A DNA stretch of 64,000 nt from Monocercomonoides exilis PA203 (Eukaryota > Protista > Preaxostyla): NCBI GenBank assembly GCA_001643675.2, contig LSRY02000022.1, forward strand, positions 682,001 through 746,000. Reading direction: 5' to 3'. The position numbers and the translations under genes are program-made. Below are positions 13,430 through 25,596 of this stretch, piece by piece. Under the pieces are notes generated by a model. It did no database searches, was not told the DNA's origin, and was given only the letters and a program-made list of their open reading frames with translations. Within the stretch, counting starts at the first letter, position 1; each line of letters begins with the position of its first letter.

Positions 13430-14280
13430 CAGAGCGCCATCTGTGAAGGAATTGGCGATGTGGGACAGCACAACAGATTTATTTATGGGGGAGGAAATAC
13501 TGCTGCTGAGAGTCGTGAAATACTGGAGCGAGACGATATTGATATCTTCAGTTGCAGACATTTACGAAGATAGCAAGCAATGTGGAGAGTTGGACACATC
13601 ATGCCACTCATTGAGCATTGCAGAGCAACACATTATTCTATATCTGTGCTCACAACTGTTGATCTCAAAGGAGACAGTTATTGTTGGGGAATGCAGTGCA
13701 CATAATGTCAGCATGCACTCGCTAGCATCTCCTTCAGCCGCTTTTGTATATCTGAATTCAACAATTTCTAAAGATGAAGGGATCTTTATCACAACCTCAC
13801 AGAAAGTCCAGATTGAGAGTGTATAATTTCTCATATGTAAGTTGTTTACTTATTCAGGCAGTTCTATTATTTTTGAAACAAATGGACAACTTTCTCTTTC
13901 ATTTGCCGAGTATCTTTTTACTGTGAATCAAGTAACAATCAACCTGATGTTCTCAATTCATCATTATTGAGCATTGCAAATGGAAATTTTCATGTTGATA
14001 ACTATTCAATATTATTCATTTCATTCAAGAAGCCTTCATTTTTACTTAAAAAAGATGAGATTTATATTACAAATGTGAAACTGAAACAGATTGAAGCAAA
14101 GACCGATATTTTTGAGATTGGAAATTGCGGAAGCGTTGTATTACATTGAGTATCTATGGATGAAGTGAAGCTGTCTGATAGGTGTATTATTGAAATTCGA
14201 GGTTCTGCCTAAGGAACAATTTCTATTGGAATTTCCTCATTCAACAGCTGCTCAAGGAATACAAAAGGAGCCTCTTCTCT
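13430..14280 (+). pseudogene. Fragment of the beta-helix surface-protein family
   Basis: VVKYWSETILISS...DSKQCGELDTSCHSL is paralogous to WVVKYQSETIFVSS...KQCEVPSAPCYSL at 21065-21230. Contains internal stops. Confidence 0.55.
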
Positions 14281-14320
14281 TTTGCTTCTTCCACTCTTTT
14301 TCCTTCACCTTTGCCTTCGC

Positions 14321-14393
14321 CTTCTTCAACTTCTTCAACTTCTTCAACTTCTTCAACTTCTTCAGCTTCTTCAACTTATTCAACTTTTTCAAC
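14321..14393. repeat. 9-bp tandem repeat (CTTCTTCAA)n, about 8 units
   Basis: Directly visible. Reads EEV repeats on the minus strand. Confidence 0.85.
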
Positions 14394-16163
14394 TTTTTAT
14401 TTTCGAGTGTTTTTTCAAAAATAAAATAGAAAATGAATTAATATTACATTCTCAATGTCAATTATTTTATCACTTTTTTCAAAATAATTTTTGAAAGATA
14501 ATGAAAACAAGAACAAAAAAGAGGAAGAAGAGGAAGAAAAAGAAGAAAAAGAAGGAGGAGGAAGATGAGAAGAAGAAGAAGAGGAAGGAAAAGAGGAATA
14601 TGAAGAAGGAAGAGGAAGAAGAAGATGATGCATGACAAGACATTGACTCCTCCTTTCTCCCTCTGCCTTTCCATAGCCTTGTGACACAGCTCCATACCTG
14701 CCAATCACACAGCAGCAGCCCAAAACTGATCGCCTTTTCCACCTCGTTCTTTTCAGCTGCAGTTCCACCAACTCCACAACCAACACATCCATCAGCAACA
14801 GTGCCCGCTGCCCTTATTTCTTCTTTACAGTCAGCTGCATAGACTCCATCTGCCGTTTCTGAACCACCTCCACCACCGCTCCCACCCTTGCCCCTGTTGA
14901 TACACCAAAATCACCAGCACCTGGCCATTCAGAGCCATCTTCAGCAGCGCAAAATACAATCGAACTTCCTTCTTTACTGTTCTTTTCTTAAATGGACACA
15001 GATATGCTCAAATTTCGGAGGAATTAAATTAACCCCGATGCTTCAGGAACAGTGTGAAGAAATCGTTGCAATATCACGCCTCCAGCATCGACACAAATGG
15101 TGACGGACAGCACCAAGACAGCATGTACACATCCCGAAAGATCCGCAACAACAGCGCGTGCTGCATCTGCAGAATGCTCTCTCACAAAAGAGACTCTTGC
15201 AACGAATAAGTGATCCCTCACCAAAATTCGTGAAATGATGATGATGAAAAGTCAATGAATCGCATCAACGAATCTCATCGTGCAGCGCCATAATCGCGTC
15301 CTTTTTTCATCTTTTCTTCTGCTCAGGTGTTATTCAACAGAAATCCCCAGAAACACTGATGTGTCCGCCTCCCCCTTCTCCGAGTTCAGCCCTTCAAACT
15401 CCTCAAAAGTCATCTTAATCTTCTTCTCCGACACCCCTTTAAGCACAGCGTTGATGCACTTCGTGAACATACAAAACTATACCATCAATTAGTTCTCACT
15501 CTCCTCTATGGACTCCTTTGGCATCACCTCTTTCAAACAGTGATGGTTTGTGGAACAAGAAGAACGACAGCTCGCCTCTTGTTAACTCCTCCCGCTCAAA
15601 CTTCCCAAACAGCCACACCTCCGCAAAGTCCTTCCGGAACAGCTCCACCCCGTACACCATCACCCACCGCGCTGCCTCGCTCTTCTTCTGCGCTACGAGC
15701 TTCTCCCCTAGCCGCATGCACACATAGTCTCCAAACCATAACCTTGTAACCGCAACTCCCACTAACACAGCGCTGTACTCACTCAAGTCTGTTGTGATCT
15801 TGTCTCAAAATATCCACAGAATCCACATCAGTTTCCACACTTGTGACAATTGCAGCCCTATTTTCAGCGGCTTCAACAAATGCTTCATCTGCACAGACGA
15901 CTGCAAAGTGATCGGTACCAAAAGCTCTTGCGCCGTATCGTGCGTAACTTGCCTTAGTGACCAAGAAACCGTTCTCATCCGATGCTCCATCGTCTCTTCA
16001 TGCAACTCCTTCTTTTTCTTCTGCTCCAACTTCTATTGCACAAGTTCCGTCTGCAGCTTCTCATTCATCTATTGCACAGCGCCTTCTGCATGTGTATCGT
16101 CTTTTCCTGCACTTTCGACAGAACCTTTCTTTTCGATCTTTCGCTTATCCCACATCTCGTTCA

Positions 16164-16920
16164 CTAACTTTCCACCCACCGTTGTCTTCTTCCCACAACA
16201 CTCATCCCGCTCCCCACTTTCACAACAACCCCCTTCCCGCTCGGGTCTGGCCCAACCATCACAGCGTTGCAATCCCCGATGCTTGCTGCAAGCTTCTCAT
16301 TTGAGTTTTTACGAAACCCAGAAGGCAGAATCAGCAAAGAAGAAAACGGAATCATCACTCTTTCTGCTGGGGCATTCAAAGAAGGCGTGGTAAGCGTTAC
16401 CACCAAAACAACTGTGGTCCGCTTATCATCCACATTTACCACCCCACTCTGCTGCATCTGCTGCTTCTTAACCTTCACAATCCCCACATTAGTCAACTCC
16501 ACATTCTCCTTCATCGCCAACAGCTGCTCCTTCACTTCCTTCACCTTTGGGTTGTGCTCCTCGCTCAGCTCCAGAATCTTCCTCTCCCGCATCCTTTAAT
16601 CTCGTCATTCTCCTGCAGTTGCTCCTCCAGCCCGCTCATCCCTTTGAGATCCGCACGTCGTCCCGGATCTTCTGCAGCAGCATGTAAAACTCCGAGTTCC
16701 GCTTTTCCATCTCCTGCTTCGCCTCCTCGTGCTGCTCCTTCAGCTCCCGGATCTGCCGCCCCAGCCCCTCCTTCTCCATCTCCAGCTCCACAACATGCCC
16801 CTCGCACTTCCCGTCCGTCTTGCTAAGCTTCAACACCGCATTCGCCTTCGTCCTCTCCAGGTCTTCCTTCTTGATCTTCAGCTCTTCACCTTTTCAAACA
16901 TTGCTGCACATTTTCCCATC
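16164..16920 (-). pseudogene. Fragmented coiled-coil protein gene
   Basis: Adjacent E/K/Q-rich heptad-like ORFs 16636-16836 and 16164-16592 in shifted frames. Confidence 0.35.
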
Positions 16921-18178
16921 ACTTTATCATCCAGTTTCACTCCACACACCTCAACAACTGCTATTGCAAGATCTGTGGTGAAGGATTAAAATTGATCGTT
17001 AATCCACAATAACTCATTCATATTTGCCACAAAAAATATCAGCTTACTCCACGACTTCGTGCCCACCGATGCTGCAAGCGACGGAAGCGGAGCCACAAAC
17101 AAAACTGAAATCATCGCCGAAAGCTTTTCATTGCGTATGTTCAAAATACACACGAACCACGCAGAAAGCTACGTGACTGCATATTCACGCAGCATCTTCA
17201 GCGATAGCGATATGTGCAGAACATATGCCCAAGTTATTCTGGCGCCACTATCCGCAGCCGCCTCTCGATGTTTTCCATCACTGCTGATGACGTGAAAAAC
17301 GCAGCTACCACCGATGCCTCCGAAGTATCAACTGTCGATGCAAATGAAGATGATGGGCTAATGACCTTTAGCCTTCTCCACTTTTTTTCTACTCATCCGA
17401 ATTAAAGATAAAGAAGAAAAAGACGAATGAGCCGAGCGAAAAGACGACTGATGCACGGAACCAGCCACAAGAAGATTTTTCAGATACCCCATCACTCCTG
17501 CTGGAAGCTCCAACAGCTGCACAAAGACGATATCTTCATGTGACAAGAGATTTTGATCAGTTTGAAATACTTATCTTTTTCGAGTTATTGAGCTGAACGG
17601 AACTTGATATATTCAGGCAATAAATTATGATCAAATGCAAAAGAAAGTTAAAAAGGACATGTTATTGTTGTAACCATTGAGGTTATGTTCATAATTTGTT
17701 CCTCAAAATGATAAACTTGTTCTTTCTCTGATTTGCTGTTTTTGTGCCTGTCTAATAATAAATTGTTTGTTTATTTCATTTTTTCAATTCAACATCTGAA
17801 TCTTTTTCTTTTGAGCACGTTTATTTGAATGTGATTTGAATGCTATGTGTATGAAACAATAATATTTCTTCTATCAAAAATATCGAGAAAAAACTACCAA
17901 AACGAACTTTTTTTTTCTTATTTATTTTCTAGCAATTAAAAGCATTATATAATTTAACAGAATTCAAAAGATTTTAACGAAAAATATCACCAATGAAACA
18001 AAAATCAAGAAATAGAAACATATCAATTCGTAGATTCAAGCAACACGAAAATAATATAAATCAAAAGTGAAAGTTATAAAAAAAGTTTCAAATATTTATG
18101 ATATGCAAACAATTTTTAAAAATATTTTTGAAAGAGATAGAAAAAATACAAAACATGATTTAATTTGTGAAATAATAT

Positions 18179-18266
18179 GGGAACGGAATGATCAACATAT
18201 TCTGATCATTTGTGATCTGATTTTTAGATCAATTAATATTTTGTAACGTTTCAAAAAAAAACACCC
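18179..18266. mobile_element. 88-bp asymmetric mini-element with ATAT TSD
   Basis: ATAT|GGGAACGG...AAACACCC|ATAT. One end resembles the 240-bp MITE TIR. A second copy lies at 3372-3459. Confidence 0.75.
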
Positions 18267-19283
18267 ATATGATTTATGGAAGTTTGACCATTCTTATTGT
18301 TATAATTTCTTATTGAAGAGACAAATTTTTTGACAGGCATTCAAAAGATATAATCAAGAAAGTTAATCAAGAATTGTTTTTTGATTTGGAATTGTTTTGA
18401 ATAAACATTCAAAAAAATTATTCTAGACTTAAGTGTCCTGGGTTTTGTAACTGTTTATGTTATGGTTTTGTGTCTTGTAAGATCAATCTCTGACAAGTCA
18501 AACCTGTCATTTTGTCATTTATTGATGTTCGCCTTTTTTTGAGCTGAAACTGATTAGATAATGCATTTTTTATATTTGTGAGGAAAATCATCATTTGCAA
18601 CAAAATGATCTGTTAATATGGAATTATTATATCTGATTGTTTATCCTTATTTTTGTTGGGAAATATTAATTATTAATTAATCATTCGTATTTTTTCTGTT
18701 CTTGTTTCGCTTTTCGTATAATCATTTTTGATATATTTTTTTCAAAAATTTCATGTTCTGAGAATTAACCATTAACATCAACATTTTTCAATTTTTGTTA
18801 TCTCGAAAGCATTGAGTATACAAAGATTTTAAGATTCTCACTTCGTCTTTTATTGTTTTCAGCATGCACTAGCTTATGAATTGCAGTTGCATAACATTCT
18901 AATTTTTGTTAAGTTTTCAAAAAATTTTAGAAATACCAATTCGAATATCAAAATTATTGTCGAATTGATATTTCTATACGCTTTTTATTTTATTCTTGGA
19001 ATTATATAATTGCAATTTTTTTTTAAACTGTTTTTGTATTAGAAAAAAAAACCATTTTCAAGGATGAATGAAAATATAGTGATCATCTTCTCAAAATAGA
19101 ATCAAATCATAACCTTTCATTTATTTTTGAATATTTTTTCTTTCTAACTTTTAAGCTTTTGACTCTGTTTTTCGTTCATTCTATGAAGCAGCATTAAGAG
19201 CGAATCACACAGGTCCACAATTAGCATCTCATGATAAGAAGAGCACGTCAGAAAATCCATTAGATTCGATTTTTTTGTTGCTG

Positions 19284-21330
19284 TTAAAAATATATCCTCC
19301 TAATCTCTTCATTCTTTTTTTTTCTCTCCCACATAGCTCTTCGAAACTTCTGCAATGTAAATGTCTCGATCGTTATCATTTCAATCAGTTTTGGATCCTT
19401 CTGCATTATGTCAGCCACAATTTTCTTCAGCCCCCTGCTCATGTTCTTCACCTTCTTCCGCAACATTGCAAGAGCGGCCATAAACAGCATGCTTAACACA
19501 AAGAGGAGGAGCATCGGCCATGTTGGGAGTGCATGAGCAGTTGCTTCAGCCGGGTGGGCAGAACAGGCAGGCTCAGACCTATTTTTGAAAATGAGGGACA
19601 ACGTTGCGTGCGGAACATTATCGTTCTTGCAAAACAGAACAGCAACAGAAATTTCAAAAGTGGAGTGAACCGAAGCAAATGTGGTCAGCTGAACGCGCCA
19701 CTGGGCCTTACTCTCCGACACATACCCTTCATCATCGAACTCGTTGCTATCGACAATATCCACACTATCTGCGCTTGTCACGAGGCGGAAAGTCTGTTCG
19801 CATTGCAGGAGGAGCTGCAAAAAAAGTTTAGCTCCACGAGGCTTTTGGCCTCCTAAACTGCAAGAGATAACAGCACAGGGACAAAGAATAAAAAGTAAAT
19901 GTTGGAAATGATGACTGCCAGGAGGCGCTTCTCATTCCGGATCCACAAAGAGATGCTGTCAAAAGAACATTCGTCTTCTTTCAAGTTCTCCAGAGTCAGA
20001 GAGTAAATATCAGAGTTGGTGATTTTCAGGCGGGAAGACGATCGTCTGCTTTCTGAAGGGTTATTTCGGTCAGAGGAGTTGTTCCCCACAAAATATTGTT
20101 TTTTTGACACCAACAGTACCTCCAGAGACACAAAATATTCAAGCAGTTGCGCTTGATAAATTGGGATAAATGATCGTTGATGCTGGGTTGCATATATGAA
20201 TGAGAAGATGCTGTCTCAGCAGTATCCATTTGTTATTGAAGAGCATTATATGCCAGCTCCATCAATGAATCACACGACAAGCGAGAGTTCGGGAATATTA
20301 CTCATGCTCATAGCGCTCCCTTTCAGTGTCTGTTCTTTTGCTCCGCTTCCAGATTATGGATTATGTTACAAACAGTGACAGTTGAGCAAGGTAATATGCT
20401 CAGATGGTGGAGACTCAAAAAGCACAGACGAGCCGAAGGAGGTGCTGGGACCTGTGTAAGTTCAATCGAAGAAATAAGAGTCGGAAAAAGCGAGATCTCC
20501 TTCGGCTAAAGAGGGGAGGCATATGATTCAGCACTATGAAAACACCAAATGAAACAAAGCGAATCTGGATGCAGAGGCGCTCTGGTGAAGATTGAAAGCA
20601 AAAGCCACTGAAGGAAAATATTTATGAGTGCTATGTTGTTGATAGAGGTGGAGAGGAGAAATTATGAGAAAGTGAAAACAAGATACAAGATGGAGTAGTT
20701 GAAGACAGTCAAGGGATTACCCCTGATGGCGAGCATGGAGGAGTTGAGTTGAGCTGTGTGCAGCAGGAGAGATGGAAAACAAAGCAGGATGGACAAAGGA
20801 GAGAAAGAGACTGCTGCAGGTGTGGTGTGTTGCAAAACAGCCAGAGTGAGAAAATGAGAAGTCAAAGAGGAAGACCAGATACTCGAACTGGAAGTTTGCA
20901 GAATTGGTGAAAATGGCAATGAAGTGCTTGATGGCTGTGACGAGATAGAATTGAACAAATATCGATGAATCGGTACAGAAGATTGAAAAACTGGTTGAAC
21001 TGAATGGTGCGCAGATGACTATCTGGAGCAACACCAACAGCTGAGATCAGTGAGACGGAACTATCTACTGCACTCCAAAGCTCAATGAGTAGCATGGTGC
21101 ACTGGGCACTTCACATTGTTTGCCGTTCATGTGGTTGTCTTCAGTGGAAGACACAAAGATTGTCTCGCTCTGATATTTCACAACCCACAGCAGCAGATCA
21201 TCTTCCCCTTCAAACGATTCTGTTGTGCATCCCCACAGCGCCAGCTTTTGAACAAAGGGTGCTTTGAAGCTCAGCAAGTATTGCTCTTCAAATATCTGTG
21301 ATTCGATTTGATTGCGTTTCACATCCACAT
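19284..21330 (-). pseudogene. Decayed surface-protein family gene with a C-terminal transmembrane helix
   Basis: 21065-21230 is paralogous to the 13443 ORF. 19284-19820 ends with TWPMLLLFVLSMLFMAALAML followed by a basic RKKVK stop-transfer and a cytosolic tail. Confidence 0.5.
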
Positions 21331-21959
21331 CTCTCTTAAGAAAGTGACTTTGTTTTTGTATAAAAAATTCAAAGAAACAATTTGAACCAAATAGAAGACT
21401 GCAGACAAAGTGTTTTTTGTCTTTGAAGGAAAATGTTCGTGTTTTAATATTAAAATTTATAGCCTGGTTGCAAATCAATTATTCTATGAATTAATAGCCT
21501 GATAATCATTCCAGAAAAAAAATTGATTTAAGTACTCGTTCAAAATGAACATTAAGAATGGCATTCATTTGATAACTTCAATCAAAACTGTTCAGAGAAT
21601 CCAATAAAATATGTACCACATTTTCAGACACAAATGGAAGGGATTTGTTAATGATGCTTTTCGTCAAGTTGGATGATAAAGAAAAAAAATAATTTTCATA
21701 TTCGGCAAAGTTAACTTATGTGCCAAAAATGTGGTTGATAATGAAAACGAAGGATCACCATCAATCAACTTCAGTGTTATTTCACAATCATGAACAATTT
21801 TGCCTCCTTCTATAGAGAAAGTCGATCTTGTAAATCTGAATGCAAATGTGTTCAATGGATAGACCAATTCTACAGAGTTAATAGTTCGTTCTCTGTAGTT
21901 TACAGACATTTCAATGCTTTTCTTAGTTGTAATCATTATAACGTCAATTATTCTAATTA

Positions 21960-22963
21960 GGGTCAACTTTTTAATGGGACTTTTTTCTTTATTGGCACTT
22001 TTTTGTTTTTGCATGCCAATCATTTAAAAAAGCTAGATGGGCGTCAACACTCGGATGAGTGTGTTTATAAAACAAATACATTAATTACCAGTTTGTTTTT
22101 TAAATTTTGTTTATTTTTCGTAGAGATACAGCAATTTTTTATTTATTTTGAAGTGACTTTTTTCAGCCGAGGAAGCATTTCACAAAATTTTGAAATCCAT
22201 TTTTAAAAACTACTAGCATTATTTTTTTTATATTCAAAATCTTAAGTTTAACAACTTGTTTTTTCTTTATTTTTTTCACATTTCAATTTTTTCTCAACAT
22301 GCGAATACAAATTTGAAAATTTCTTTGTTATTAAAATGATGTGTTAAAAATAAAAACATGATATGAAAATTTCACACTCTGATAAAGAAGTGTGAAAAAG
22401 GTTGAACATAAAAATTTTCGTTTTGCATCAAACAGGTGAATGGTCACAACATTTAATGATCAGCGATCAAGCTTATTCTGTTTTGATGTGTTTGAGACAA
22501 ATAGAAAATTTTTATGTTCAATCTTTTTCACACTTCTTTATCAGAGTGTGAAATTTTCATATCATGTTTTTATTTTTAACACATCATTTTAATAACAAAG
22601 AAATTTTCAAATTTGTATTCGCATGTTGAGAAAAAATTGAAATGTGAAAAAAATAAAGAAAAAACAAGTTGTTAAACTTAAGATTTTGAATATAAAAAAA
22701 ATAATGCTAGTAGTTTTTAAAAATGGATTTCAAAATTTTGTGAAATGCTTCCTCGGCTGAAAAAAGTCACTTCAAAATAAATAAAAAATTGCTGTATCTC
22801 TACGAAAAATAAACAAAATTTAAAAAACAAACTGGTAATTAATGTATTTGTTTTATAAACACACTCATCCGAGTGTTGACGCCCATCTAGCTTTTTTAAA
22901 TGATTGGCATGCAAAAACAAAAAAGTGCCAATAAAGAAAAAAGTCCCATTAAAAAGTTGACCC
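21960..22963. mobile_element. 1004-bp foldback/MITE with 460-bp TIRs and TA TSD
   Basis: 21960-22419 is the reverse complement of 22504-22963 (one mismatch seen). TA|GGGTCAAC...GTTGACCC|TA. Confidence 0.92.
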
Positions 22964-23593
22964 TATTCATTTTGACAATTGTTATTGCATATTGAACATC
23001 AATCTATTTTTTAAATTCAATCTTCTCCTGTAACGAAATGTTGGGTTATATTTTAACGTTTAATGTTACCGTAAGCCAATGAATGGACATTTCGTTGTGA
23101 ATCTCTTGAAAAGACTATTTTCAATATATTCAATAGAATACAATCAGTCGCTAATTCCACATAATTTATTGCATTTGTTTATCGAATAATCGCATTTGTG
23201 AAAAAGGAGCTTTCTAAAACATCAACTCTTTCTATTTGAAAATGATATTGAATACTTTGATTTTAATAAGCGTTTATTCAACTTGAGCAATTCAATATTT
23301 ATTGATCAAGCATTTAATCATCGAATAAAGAAAGCTTCAATACTTGTGAAGAAAAAAGTTTCAAAAATGGCTTCAAGAAAAATTTTATCAAAATCACAAA
23401 CTTTTTATTTCATTAACCTATTTATAAAAAATAAGAAAATGGTCCAAATTGAGTATTGATTAATATGGAAATTTGAAAAGTTAAATGGGTCCATGAGATC
23501 AGTTTTGACTGACACAACTTTTTTGATTTGTCATGTCACACAGGCTTAGAAAAAATATGATTTCAAAAATAATCACTCATAAACTAGACCGTC

Positions 23594-24428
23594 TTATACC
23601 AATTGGCTTCCTATTCCGCACCAATGATCGACCTTGCGGTTGCGTTGAGTTGCAAAGGCGTCCAGTGTGGTAGATACTTGAAGAACTGACAAGATTTCTG
23701 TGAGCTCGCTGTCTGCAATGCTGTAGTCTCCTGCTCTTTCCAGGGGGGACAAAGCATCAACTCTTGTGTTCAGCAACTCGGTGAGATGAACTGCTTTTAG
23801 TACTATTTTCAGTTTCTCCTTCAATGTCCATATCGTTTTGAGTGTTGGGCGAAGATTCATTTCTGCATTTCATCTGTTCACGTTGAATACAAGTTCCGAA
23901 TTGTCAAAAAAAAGCTGAAATGTGATGCACGACTTTTTGATAGGATTGGGGCAGAGTGTTTTGAGCAAGTTCTACGTCTTTTTATTCACTGAAGTTGGAT
24001 GATTGGTTTTTCACGGTGAACGGAAAACAACTGTGACAATCCGGCTGCATCCTGCTTATTCTGAGGGTTGCTCTCAAGGAGCATTCTGATGCATTTGTTG
24101 TTAGCACTGATTCTAAAATAAACACTGGATTTAGTCTGCGTATGGGGTTCTTCATCAATATCCATCTCCATTTTCTTATCTGTTGGAGGATTGACGCATT
24201 CAGCCTCATCATTCCATTCCATCTTCCTGTCGTAACTCCTTTCGGCAATAATCTGTTGATCAATTGGAGGTGCGAAGTTACGCCTGGAAGTACAAAGCGT
24301 GTTCAACTGAGCTCTCCTACGAACGATTCCAAATCCTTCACTCTGACAGTCTTGGCTCTTACACACATTGTCTCCCAAGAGTGACACAACCCTTGCAATG
24401 AAACTCTTCTTTCTTCAGTTTGACTCAT
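23594..24428 (-). pseudogene. Degenerate DIRS retrotransposon fragment (RT C-terminus / RNase H / start of MTase-like domain)
   Basis: LSPLERAGDYSI...TLDAFATQRNRKVDHWCGI and WNGMMRLNASILQQIRKWR...LTTNASE align with ORF 46594-48648. Confidence 0.88.
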
Positions 24429-24432
24429 ATAT

Positions 24433-24671
24433 GTCTAAATTTTCTGATAAGTTCTTTTTGATTAATTTTCAAATAAAACGAAAATTTCATATTTCGATCA
24501 AATTTCTGTACCCACTGACTAAATTTCGCTGAAATGGAAAAATAAACATTATCAAGATTTTATTTTCATAATAGCAAATTTTGGCAAGTGGAAACAGATA
24601 TTTGATCGAAATATGAAATTATAATTCTATTTGAAAATTAAACAAAAAGAACTTTTCAAAAAAATTTAGAC
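24433..24671. mobile_element. ~240-bp MITE variant (GTCTAAAT...ATTTAGAC ends)
   Basis: Internal AAAATTTCATAT.TCGATCAAATTTCTGT matches the MITE family. Flanks ATAT/ATTT. It abuts the DIRS fragment. Confidence 0.75.
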
Positions 24672-25434
24672 ATTTGTAATTTTTTTTTCTTTTTCTTTTC
24701 TTTTTTCTTTTTTCTTCTTTTCTTCTTTTGTTTTTTGTGAAAGATAAATGAACGTATGACTTATCATAAAACAGAAGTATATATAAAGATATTTGCTTCT
24801 TTCACTCGAATGCTTTGCCAATTAATCTATTATAATCCTTTAAGACATGCATTTGGCTCCACATCTCAGATTTTTTTTTATATTTTGTATATGTGCTGTT
24901 CACCATGTGTTGAACCCATATTCGACCCTTATTCTGCCAACTTCCCCACATCTGGCTGGATATAATTAAAAAAAGTCGAAAAAGATCAAAAATGTGACAC
25001 TCATATCTGGATTCTCAGAAGGCTCTGCAACTTAGTTTAATTTTTATTTTGTAAATTGGATTTTTCCCACACATCATACCAAAATTTATAAGAATCGCTT
25101 TGTCCGTTGTTTTTCTGCAATTTTTCAAACATGAATTTTTTTGTCATATACAGTAGGAATACAGATTTCAATGCACGAGCTTTTCATTAATTATTAACAT
25201 GCATTTCATGTGTTATTCTCCAAAGTGATGTCAAATATTCTTTATTGAATCATATTCAATAATTCTGATAGAATAGATAAACAAATTTTATTTGAAGTTT
25301 AAAATCTTAATTTCATCTATGATCAATTTTATATTTATAATAACTTCTTATATACAGAAATGTTAGTATTAAATATTTGAATTTCAAATTTGTATTTGAT
25401 ATTTCACAAAGTTGTTTAAAATAGTTCATCGCAT

Positions 25435-25532
25435 ATGAACGGCAAGAAGAGAAGCAAAAGAGGAAGACCGAAAAAGCGAGGGAGAGGAAGACCAAAAGTT
25501 TATAAGTATCCTTCAACCTCAATATGTCTCAA
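25435..25532 (+). CDS. Predicted first exon of the Helitron Rep/Hel gene, encoding two AT-hooks
   Basis: ATG 25435 gives MNGKKRSKRGRPKKRGRGRPKVYK. A phase-2 GT donor (25506 or 25533) and GCTAAT...TTTCAG acceptor (25583) splice in frame into ORF 25597. Confidence 0.65.
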
Positions 25533-25596
25533 GTTACACTTATTTAAATAATATAATTCATGTTTTATTGCTAATTATTTCAGATCCAAAACACAA

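Noticed and set aside
14900-16160. Possible kinase or other gene remnant
   Set aside because: GC-richer and coding-like, but no motif could be recognised in any frame.
6243-21330. Alternative genetic code (TAA/TAG = Gln) as the explanation for broken ORFs
   Set aside because: The breaks include TGA and frameshifts. Intact long ORFs (Helitron, AT3, DIRS) lack in-frame TAR and terminate at TAA/TAG.
22003-22920. Two identical 67-aa ORFs on opposite strands
   Set aside because: By-product of the 460-bp inverted repeat, with a TTG start and no protein features.
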